Origin: Antedon mediterranea
Taxonomy: Eukaryota > Animalia > Echinodermata
Reading direction: 5' to 3'
Length of the DNA stretch: 64,000 nt
NCBI RefSeq assembly: GCF_964355755.1
Contig: NC_092679.1
Span: 5,300,201-5,364,200 of the forward strand
In this document: positions 53,541-64,000 of the stretch, in pieces
How positions within the stretch are numbered: the first letter of the stretch is position 1
How the letters are laid out: every line of letters begins with the position of its first letter
Notes under the pieces: generated by a model
What the model was told of the DNA's origin: nothing
What the model saw: only the letters and a program-made list of their open reading frames with translations
The model's database searches: none
Position numbers and translations under genes: made by a program

Positions 53541-55787
53541 CAAGGTTAAACTGTGTCAAATTAAATCAATTGTGTCTGCCAATTGAATGGCGATATGACA
53601 TAACAAAAACAAAACCGACAGGTCCTGGAAGAAAATTAGGACGAAGGAGCGAGAGGTTATTTGGAACGAAGGAGAAAAAACACCTATCACCTGATTGGTC
53701 CTAAGAGAGCGGGGACTTGTTCGGAAATTGGATACGAAACTAGGCCGGCTGCAAACATTTTAAAGAATGTATTGATGGACATGTTCAGGTAGCATATCCT
53801 CTTTGAACTGCCACCCTGCCAAATTGAATCTTTAGGCCTTATTAAAACACGTAAACCACTGCGGCGAATAACACGAGCAACAAACGGTAACCAATACTCC
53901 TATGTCGGAAGTGAAAAACTCTTTATGAAGTTCTTTGCTCTTTAATTGGCTTATATTTTTTGTGTCCGGAACTTCCTTATCCATATCTACGGGCAAATAT
54001 CGGCTGAAGAGTATATGCCGCCGTAAAGTAAATTCACTGCTTATTATCCGGAGACGGGCATTACGAGCAAACGTCTCCGCTTTGCGTCATCAACGGCGTA
54101 AATAGCCAATATGGAAAGCCTAACGGCAGTCATGATGTAATTAGTACTAACTTTGTCGTTTTTAACACCATACATTGAAAACACTTGCAGTCGTTTCTTA
54201 ATCCCTATCTCTTTGCTCGTGAGTTCAACGTACGGCTTATAGGGTTGTTTAGTTAACCGGCCATGTGCCTGGCGATATTTTTACAACGGATTTTAGCGGT
54301 GATTTTATGTTTAGCCGTTTACAGATATGTGATTATTGGTCTGTTTTATAGATAGTTGTCTGCTGATTGAAGAGCTCCTAAACGGATTATGTTAAGCTCA
54401 AATTTGGTGATTGTAAATCGTCGCAAATTACGCTAACACATCGTTACACACGTTTCCAATGTCATTGTCATAATTTGTGGTTTAAACACGTTCTAAATCG
54501 ACGATTTTAATTTTATTGTTCACAATCTTGATCAATAATGCCATAATTAAAATATATATGTTTACACAACTCAACTGGTGTTTTTACACGCATTTTAGTT
54601 GTTACTTTTTACAATTGCTTAATGTATTATGAATTGATGAAAATGTTGTGATGCGGCATCTGAATGAATATGTATTACACCAGGCCTCCGGTATTTTATA
54701 AATCAAACTATAGGCCATTAATTTTGTTCATGGACATTTCATTCTTTTGCTTATAAGCCTATATATACTACCACTATTCTGCCTAATGTATCGATTCACG
54801 TTTTAACTTTGAACGTTTGCATAATCAACACCCTTTCCTTTCGCATCAGTTTTTAACTTTAGGCCGCATGAATTATATTCTTGTTTGCGATCTCTTGTTA
54901 ATAGACTGCTATACTACGAGCACACATGTACGTTTTTTAAAGTTGAATTAGGAGAAATGGTTGGCGTATATATGATTGAAGTGTATGTCGAATATACGTA
55001 AATCGAACATAAATCTTCGGCGATAACTGTTCTTTATTAAGTTCTCTCTTAAAACAATCTTTATGGGTAATAATTGAAGTAAATAACATTAAATTGGGGC
55101 CAGCGACCAACTTTACCATCTAGATCTCACCCTGGATTCCTTAAGAAATATTAATGGCATACAACCCTAAAAGGTATTAAATTAATTGCCTTTTTGTGTT
55201 TGTTTCGAAAATAATACCTAACTCATGGTTAAACTTCGTGCATGAATGGAATAAACAAAACAATATATGTCTATACGAGCAGAATAAAATTGGTTGGGCA
55301 GCAGGCGACTAAATGGACAACAAATATTTTGGTCACGGTGTGATTTTATATAATTTTAGTCAAGTTAATTCAATTTAAAAAGTAACCCGACCTGATTCTT
55401 AAAAAGTGCTATGTTTATTGTATATTGTTGCGAATCATACAACATTTGACGGGTGTTATCGAACCGTAGGCCTCCGATGCACGGTATGAGCCTAGGCCTA
55501 ATTCATAAGCATGGAGAGACTACGTTCACGCCGAGAATCTTTAGAAATTGGCTACATTTCTTAAATGTTACAAAATCAGTGCTTCACGTATACAGATACA
55601 ATCTGTAGTAGACAATCATTAAAGGCTACTTAATTTATAATATTGACAAGCCTAACCTAAATGAAAGTCACTATAAACATACGGGTATCGTATATTTTAC
55701 TTTACTTTTAAAATTAGATTAGTTTATGAAACTACATAGTGAATGAGTTATGTACTAATGTTGATGTCGAAGAAGTAAATGACTTAA

Positions 55788-56135
55788 AGATATATTGTCC
55801 CCCTGAAAAATAATTTTTTTCAATTTTTTTTGTTGAATATGCCATGTTAATGTCACATAATAGTTATTGACTTCGACCAAAATTTGGATTTAAAAAAAAA
55901 TGTATTTACCTGAAAAAACTAGAATTTAAAGCAAAAAATGGTCAAATTGGCTGCCAGCCAATGGATTTTTGGTTGAATTTAACCATTTATCATGTTATTT
56001 TATAAGTGAAAACCTTATTTTTTCCCGTTTTTTTTCCTATGGAAGTGATTAACTTTATTAAAACTACAAAATAATCTATTCAAAGTCTGATTTAATTAAT
56101 CTTCATTTTTCATGTTTTTGGGAGACAATACATCT
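55788..56135 (+). mobile_element. Kolobok-like MITE family B, complete
   Basis: TTAA|AGATATATTGTCCCCC ... GGAGACAATACATCT|TTAA. Body is homologous to the other two copies. Confidence 0.85.
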
Positions 56136-57949
56136 TTAAGATGTATTAAGTATCAATCGTTTTAGATGGTGGAATAAAATTACACAATCAAAAAGAAATA
56201 ACACTCAATTAAAAAGAATTTACAGACAATAATGTTGTAATAAAAAACCTGTTGGTGAAAAGAGAATCAATCAATGTTCAGGTTAACAATTTATTGTTAA
56301 AATAAAGTATGGTATGCCTCACATTGAACACTTTTATATTGGGGCTACAAATAACTAACTGCCAAAAATGATATCATGTTTGCCTCATATAGACAAACAG
56401 ACGAGAAATGCATCGTAAGAAATATTCCAAAGTTTGAAATCTACCCGACGATAAAATCAAGTGAATGTTTCAGATATAAATCAATAAATTTATAAATATG
56501 TCATTAAATCATGATCCATGAAAGTAGAATAGGAGCATAACGTCGATACATAATATACAGTAAACAGTTTATTTTTGGAAAGGGAATGCGAATATAAATC
56601 TACGCCGGACAACCGATACTCCCGTGCGGTAAACTCAATTGAGGCCTATAGTTTTTTTTATGCTGCATAGTGAAATTCACCATTAAGCATTATGTAGTTT
56701 ACTTAAACCGTAGAATAAGACAATGTTTCAATCACTTTACATAACTGTATGACATTGCTTTTTTGGTCGAGCTTTTGCCCGCCCTCTATAGGCAGCCTAG
56801 ACAAATAGTACTTTGGAAACTTTCAGTTCAGATCTAATGTTTACAGTATTATTATAGTAAACTGTACAAAACATTTAAAATATTTAATAATTGTTTCATA
56901 TTATAGGGCCTTAATTATCAGTTTAAGTTCAATATAGGCCGATGACTATAGTTTTATGGAAAATAATGAAACCTCTCTAATATCAATCACCGTACAAAAT
57001 TATTGTGTAGGTCTACTACTTCAAGTGTACGAAGGGATACAAATTAGGCTAAGTACTATACATTTCCATCAATTTAAGATGTTACCTCTGTATTGAAACA
57101 AGATTGAGTTCACTGACATCGTGTTATATTATTAACCATATAGTGATGGACATTTGTTTGAAAAACAGGTCGAGCGGAAGCCTGCATACGCTTCGTTGAG
57201 GTCTTAATTTTGTTGATGGAAGAAATAAACTACTTGATACTATTCTAAACTCATCGCTGATTTCGATAAAGAACAAAAAAACGCGGCTACTAAAGAAACA
57301 TCTACAAACAATGAAATTGTGACAAAATTAAATGATACAATCACACTACGTCAGTTATATTATATTAAATCAAATATTAAGTTAGAAGCGAGACTAATGT
57401 GTAACGTATATCTCCGCACTTTTTGTCAATCCGGGTATAATTTTTCACCGATAAAGGAAAATCGATTTTGCATAACTAGTGCATTTAGAGGTTGATTTGT
57501 AAGAAAAGGAGCCAAGGCACAATAGGATGCATTGTATTCCAGTGTTTAGAAAGAGAACGATTATATACCATTTTCTACAGTCTATTAATAACACAAAAGA
57601 TGTATCAACACCCGATACCATTTATTGCAAGTTTGACACTTTTCCATTGTGTGTAAAATTTGATGGAAATATGACACTGTTAGGTTTAAATAAAATTTCT
57701 TAATTACTGCATCATACTTGTTATGTAGCTGAAATATTACAGTACCATAATTTGATATAGGCATAATAATTCTATTTTACAATGAGTGTGAACATTGATG
57801 AAAAGTTGATGAAACGCTTAGGTTTCATCAACGTCAACTCTTTTCTTTCTCACTCAATACAACAAACGAATGGTTTGTGTTTCTATGGTGATGTAATAGA
57901 GAGAAATAGTGGTCATAAGCACATGAAGTTGACGATAAAATGATCAAGA

Positions 57950-58790
57950 AATAAATTTAAAAGCATTTGAAACATTGCTAGCAAAGAAAAATAGAAAAGA
58001 AAGAGCAGGGAAGAGTTTTATACTCTGGAGTTTTTATATGAATCTTCAAACTTCAATTTCCAAAACTTTTTACAAAAGATTGCAGAAGACTAGGCCTAAG
58101 TACAATAGAAACAACGAGAATATCGTCAGGAAAACTATTGAGAAGTAAGTAAAACATGGCTGCTATCTGCGCCTTCTGTATCTCCCGAAAATGATACAAT
58201 TTTGTTCAATAATGGTAGAATGAGTCCGATACTAATTAGAAATCATTCAAACATAGTTTAGTCAATTAAAGGACAGGTAACCTTAGAAAATGAAAGGATA
58301 CCGACAAGTGAACTCCTTCCAAAGAATTCATTATTGCTTCTGTTTTTTTAAAGGCAAGTGCGAAAAATAAATAACTGGAAGAAATCATTATTGCATGCAT
58401 CCAGTTCACAATTCCTGCTGCATCGAGGCGTAAGTTAGAAAACTCAGACGGTATTATTTTATTTATCTAGCGTCGAAAATCGCTCTTCCTCTTCAACAAT
58501 TTACAACAAACCAATTTATAAACTCATGCAATTGGTGACATTGGTAATGGAACTACAAGAGATTAGCATATCGGAAGAAGGATAATGTTACCGAGAACGT
58601 TTGTTATTTGCGATAGTTCCATCATTCTCTTTTGTCTCTATTTATTTCAGACCACCTATCAAATATCGTTCACTCTGCTGTTCACTGCTACTTGATACAC
58701 CAAAGCGCAAAGAGAACCTCCATTCGTCAACAGCTGGTTCGATTTCAAAGAGGAACCGAGTTTCCACCTGCGCGCCTTCAAGTAAACACT
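57950..58790 (-). mobile_element. Decayed CR1/L2-clade LINE ORF2 (end of RT domain and C-terminus)
   Basis: Minus-strand fragments in the expected order: AVDEW..LRFGVS, NVLGNII (cf. KDLGVII), ITNVTNCMSL*IGLL, LTYAS, AIMNSLEGVH (cf. LE.VQRR), RV*NS-LP (cf. WNSLP), ASNVSNAFK. Stops and frameshifts throughout. Confidence 0.65.
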
Positions 58791-60399
58791 ATAAATCCGA
58801 TTGATTTAAACACCCTTGCAGTCCCTTCCCTTTAAAACACCTCCCCAACCCCTATCCACACCGTACCGTTCCAATCATCGCGTCCGCGTACTAATTACGT
58901 CATCATTTGTCATTGAACTTATGAACTGGTCTGTAATTGAATTAAGTGAAATGGCTGCCAATGTTGGAAATTATCTGCCACGTCTCTTACAGTTGCTCAT
59001 AAAAACGATGTACTTTTCACATTTATTTCGATTCTATTCCTAAAATTAGACAAGCCTAATCTCTATATACACTCATTAATGAGCTAACGCGGATAAAGTG
59101 GTCATTTAGGGTGTCATTTGCGTCCTTAGTACCGTAGATTTGTAAGTGAATGTGACGGGGCTGTGTGGCCAGCATCCAAGGGTGGTTTAATGCGGACCTG
59201 AAATAACACAAATATGGTATTTAGTTTACTTATGCTAATTGCATAATGCCATCGTCTTATCCAAACATTGTCATGTTCATGTAATTGGATTAATGCTGTA
59301 ATCCTTTGTCAAGAGAGGCTAGCTCAACATCACTACTTAATGTTCCATCAGTAGATATAAAAAAAATAAAATCCGTTGAAATATCATGAATGTCGCAACA
59401 GATATGTGTAGGCAACTATTGCAAAATTGTGAGAGCACAAGAATTGGAAACTGGTACCTTTCAAACATCCATTATACACAACTCATTCCTTTTTCAATAA
59501 CCGACCGCCTAAATATTGATTCATGTTATATAATATGGGTCGAAGGCCAAATTACGAAATAAAGAAAGAAAGAAAGAAAATCACTATTACAAACGACCAA
59601 ATGTGTGGATTATAAATAAAAAATAAATTTGTAAACAAATAAAAATACGTGAAATAATAAATTGTTTGATTCAAATTGTCCATATTATTCTTTTAAATGT
59701 AGGCCTTCAGCTTAGATTACTATTAGCGTTTAAAGTTGTTAACTGTACTATTTCTTTTAATTTGTGTTTAAATCTGACAAACAAACCTCTTGAGCCAATA
59801 GGGCCTAGCATTTGGCTTATTATTATTATTATATTATATATATTATAATTAATATTGTACAAATAATAAAACGTTATATTTTGCATTGCTCATTCAATTT
59901 AATGTTTAAATAATTTGCATAACAAACAATTCTGTATGTGCACTACTACTAGGTTCTGTATTACACACACACAGCCTGTGTACAAGACTAAGTTTGTTTC
60001 AATACGATGTGATGTCGATTGAGGGCGACATTTTAAATTAAGTCATGGGTAAGAAGTACGATTTAGTCTATGGAAAGTGTCGTATTTGTTGCCATGGTAA
60101 AATATTATCAGAAATGTAAATGAAAACTGTAGACTAAGAGGGCAGCAGATACATTATAAAATAAAATCACAACAATATTGTAAAATGGATTACTCGCAAC
60201 TACTTCTTCTATTCAATACAAAGTACAATTTAGGTTAGAGTATCATGTGATTTAAGCGCTACTTGTGGTAGTCCTATCTTATATTTTTCAAAATTTTTTA
60301 TAAACCTTAATCATAAACTCACCACTAGGCACTTTAAACAAATAAACAAACTTTACCATATACTGTGAAATAATTAATGCATTTAACGTCAAATGCATT

Positions 60400-60510
60400 A
60401 CCAAAATAAATCGGCTTTCTCTACTCGAATTTTGACCTTTAACTTAAAGATCAACATTTGAGTAGAGTTAAAGGTCAAAATTCGAGTAGAGAAAGCTGAT
60501 TTATTTTGGT
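60400..60510. repeat. Long inverted repeat, 45-bp arms with 21-nt loop
   Basis: 60400-60444 vs 60466-60510 with one mismatch, which is a G-U pair in + strand RNA. Confidence 0.95.
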
Positions 60511-60752
60511 CGTGTTGTTGTCATATTTGTTAATGAAGTTTTTATATTTTGTTGTATTATATTATATTATGAGAAAATAAAATATTTACACACATGTGAC
60601 TTTGATATGTCACCAAAGTCGATTCAGTGTTGGGAGTTCTGTTTGAAAAAAACATTACTTATCTGATGTAGACCTACGTTTTGAATGAGAGAATGTACCG
60701 TTACATCTTGATGATCAAATTAATTGAACATCAACAACTGTTTGAAATATTT

Positions 60753-60775
60753 GGGATTTGGGATTGGGATTTGGG
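60753..60775 (+). other. Canonical G-quadruplex motif GGGATTTGGGATTGGGATTTGGG
   Basis: Four G3 runs with 3-4 nt loops. Confidence 0.6.
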
Positions 60776-60963
60776 ATTGGCAAATAATATATTTCGTAAT
60801 TTTAACATAATTGCCATAGAGGTCGCTATTTACTAATTATAATAATAATGTTACAAAATTACAAATTTTACAATAAATGATAGCATTATTATAGCTATTC
60901 GTCTATATAATCAAGAGCTTGAAAAATGTTGTTTTACAAACAAAAAAAAACATTGAAATAAAT

Positions 60964-61078
60964 AACAAGGCCATATACATGGCTGGCCAAGCCGCGTGTT
61001 TGAGTTAGTGTTTACCGACTGACTGACCAACCAACCGATTTACACAGTGAGCTAGTGGCGTTTGCACGCGACTAAAAA
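60964..61078 (+). mobile_element. Degenerate Helentron-associated (HINE/DINE-like) element
   Basis: 5' AACAAGG, (GACY/CAAC)n microsatellite-like core, 3' stem-loop TAGTGGCGT-TTGC-ACGCGACTA followed by an A-run. Confidence 0.45.
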
Positions 61079-62459
61079 CACTGAATAATTATCGATCAGA
61101 ACCCCAAAGTTTCATAATAATTATAACAGATAATCTAATCCACCCGCGCGGCAAAAATAAACAAAAAAACTGCTATGCTTCTATTTAATCATTCAAATGT
61201 ATTGGTGATGATCGGTACCGTAGGCTATCGGTAACTATAAAAAAAAATGTTTACAGCTTACGCCACAAATAATAATAGGGACTTTAAGAAGCACGGCGGA
61301 CGACGAATATCCTGTGTTCGCTAGAGCGTAAAATAATATACAGTCCGCCGGCATATAATACCGTTTTATTCGTTAAGCACCCTTGAGCAAAGTGTAGTAG
61401 TATATTTCTCCAATTACCTACCATGTCTCGTGGCGCGGGGCCCTTTTGAATCGGTTGGCTCTGGTGATACAGACGACGGAATTTCACGCTAAGCTCCGCC
61501 CACTTTGTTAAAGCTCACCGTCCGTCCTATATGCTTCCCGTCGTGTTTCGTAAAGTCCCTATTACCAATGACGGAGGGACCACCGTATACAAAACATAGT
61601 GTAACAGTATATCTGTATCATAAAACACTCAACCTGTATCACTATTAGGCCTATGAAATTCAGTTGTTCAGTTACTTACAAAAACTGTACTTCTTGGATC
61701 GGATGTATTGTAGGTATAGAAAAACCAGAGTGGTTTCAGATTTTATTTACTGTACCGGCTGTTTGTGGGAAATTTAAATTATGAACGCGCCACCACCAGA
61801 ACAGCGAAAACAGAACGGAATTTGTTCAAAATTATAATATGCATGCCAATCAGATAAACAATTTTATCCAGAAATTAATTGTTTTTATATTGCATAGTTT
61901 ACTGTTTATATAATTGTCTACAAGCCGATTTAGTTATTTAAATATTTAATCTAAATGTGAATAATAATTGTTGCAATTGCCTGACACTCATGTAAACTAC
62001 CAGGACGCCACCTATAAACTTTTCTTCTACTTCGTACTTTATTGTGTACAAGTTAGGGTTTGTTTAGTTTCAATGCAACCAACAATTTAATATTAATATC
62101 GACTACTTCAGTATCTGACTATGGAAAGAAAAAATAAGGAATTATAGAAATATAATAAAACAAAAAAATAAGATTTTTTTTTTCAATAATGCTTACTTCA
62201 ATTCTAAAATTGATCATGTTTACATGGGTCTCTTCATATAAAATCCAAAGGTAAAACACTGAAAAATTGACAGTGTTGGCATGGTAACAATGGCTGGATC
62301 ATGAAAATACAAATGAAATAAGCAAAACGCTTATAAAAGCCAGAAAGAGGAAGGATAGTATAGATACGCTCTACCTAAAGTGTTGTGTCATAGTAGGCCT
62401 ATGTTTTTCTAAAAGAGGTGAAACATTCAGGATGCCAATTTTCTAGGAATATGTTTGTT

Positions 62460-63415
62460 CTATGACGTCATCAAACATGCATAGATGTTTTAGAATGTGA
62501 TACAGTACCACCACATGGATATTAATTTATTTAACAAATCATCAGTTAAATTCATTTTTATTATCTTGGCCTAACACATAGCTTGACATTTTCTAGTCAA
62601 GGATAAAAATATTAAACGCCAAAAAAAAAAACAGTAGGCCTAAAATTAAATCAGGGAGGTGAATTTACCTCCCTGCCTAAATCATCAAGAGCCACCATCC
62701 ACAGTCCGATGATAAAGATGATTGTTGCTGTGTGATTCTGACGTCATGACAGCTAATATGATAACTAAGTTACGGCGATTAGTTTGATAATTGACTTTTA
62801 CTAAATTTACACTAGCCAACTGTTTTGGCACGTCAGAATTAAAAACAATTCATCCAGTGTTAAAAAGACCTGACCACCACCGGTTCCTCACAGCTTGTCA
62901 TGGCCACCACCACGCCTACAACATTAACATTTTGAGGGACCTTCTTGATGTTAGCGTCTTCGAGAACTGGACAAACATAATCCAACCTAAATCAAACTTG
63001 AAAATATTCAATGTGTTTCCTTCCTTTTACAGACCGATTTTATTTTTTAAATCGTCACATATTACTTCTTATTAAATAAGACATAATAATGTTTTAGAAT
63101 GTAGATAAGATTGTACTGTATAAACCAAACAAGAGGGTTATAAAATTTGTCTCCGATTCGGGGTACACCACACGAAGATAAACATCCTTTTCCGATCCCC
63201 AAAACAGATGGTTTAGTTTATCAGCTTCAGGACTTTGTATCAACCAATCAGAATCGTTCGTCTGGTAGCTTGCTATGCGACGGGTCGTGCTTAATGCCTA
63301 TCACAGCCCTGTGAATAGCTACTCACCAATCTTGACAACGCATTAGGAATTTCTTCTGACCCGCATTCGCTGTGTCCGTTGCAATATTATCCGCACTCGT
63401 CTTCTCTTACCAACT
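62460..63415 (+). promoter_or_regulatory. Probable proximal promoter / 5' UTR of Six4/5
   Basis: Immediately upstream of the ATG. Perfect CRE TGACGTCA at 62463 and 62739; CCAAT boxes at ~63243 (ACCAATCAG) and ~63325; GC content rises. TSS cannot be determined. Confidence 0.55.
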
Positions 63416-64000
63416 ATGGATTCCCAAATTGAGAACGTCGACACGGAATTGGAAACCACGATAAATACTGGGGAGTCGGATATCAACCGTGGCCATCAGA
63501 ACCATAGCCTGCTGCCCCACAATTCGTTATTAAACAATATCGACAACACTCGGTCGGCGACAATTGTCGGATCGTTTACGGATGAAGATGTGAAAGCGTC
63601 GCTCGTCAGCTTTTCTCCGGAGCAAGTCGTATGTGTTTGTGAGGCCTTACGTCAAGAAGGGAACGTCGATCGTTTAGCTCGTTTTTTATTTTCTCTACCT
63701 GCAGATAATGCGCTTCAACGTCATGAACTGGTCCTCAGAGCTCGTGCGTTTGTTGCTTTTCGACAAAGTAGGTACAAAGAGCTGTATACAATTCTACAGA
63801 GCTTCCATTACAGCCCAGCCCTGCATGTTGAACTTCAAGATCTGTGGTATCGCGCACATTACAAAGAAGCAGAGGTTGCTAGGGGGCGTGCCTTGGGGGC
63901 TGTTGACAAATATCGAATTCGGCGAAAATATCCCCTTCCTCGAACCATCTGGGACGGTGAAGAGACTGTCTATTGCTTTAAAGAGAAATCAAGAGCTATG
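63416..64000 (+). CDS. SIX4/5: SIX4/5-class sine oculis homeobox transcription factor, first coding exon (3'-partial)
   Basis: 195 uninterrupted codons, MDSQIENVD...[30 protein letters not shown]...[11 protein letters not shown]...[56 protein letters not shown]. Complete SIX domain plus homeodomain start. ETVY is diagnostic of Six4/5 (Six1/2 have ETSY, Six3/6 QKTH). Confidence 0.97.
   Translation, partial: MDSQIENVDTELETTINTGESDINRGHQNHSLLPHNSLLNNIDNTRSATIVGSFTDEDVKASLVSFSPEQVVCVCEALRQEGNVDRLARFLFSLPADNALQRHELVLRARAFVAFRQSRYKELYTILQSFHYSPALHVELQDLWYRAHYKEAEVARGRALGAVDKYRIRRKYPLPRTIWDGEETVYCFKEKSRAM

Noticed and set aside
58601-59043. Plus-strand 67-75 aa ORFs
   Set aside because: Non-ATG starts, largely antisense to a decayed LINE, and no recognisable homology.
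60751-60780. Telomere-like repeat
   Set aside because: GGGATT is the reverse, not a permutation or reverse complement, of TTAGGG.

Overview
AT-rich (about 30% GC, estimated by eye) animal genomic DNA, probably an invertebrate deuterostome; the taxon is an inference. The only confident protein-coding sequence is the first coding exon of a Six4/5-class SIX homeobox gene (ATG 63416, + strand, runs off the window end; missing from the ORF track, presumably because it has no stop codon in the window). The preceding ~63 kb is a gene desert typical of a developmental transcription factor. It holds non-autonomous DNA transposons (MULE-like with a nested TIR element, Harbinger-, Kolobok- and Tc1/mariner-type MITEs), a Nin/Deu-domain tRNA SINE, decayed LINEs, a Penelope-type end with a minimal hammerhead ribozyme, minisatellites and long hairpins. 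The most striking unexplained signal is about 40 copies of the palindrome TAGGCCTA plus related TA-NNN(N)-TA words. Paralogous copies inside the window show these arise as 5-6 bp insertions at TA, consistent with transposon excision footprints. Nearly all short ORFs in the supplied track look spurious.
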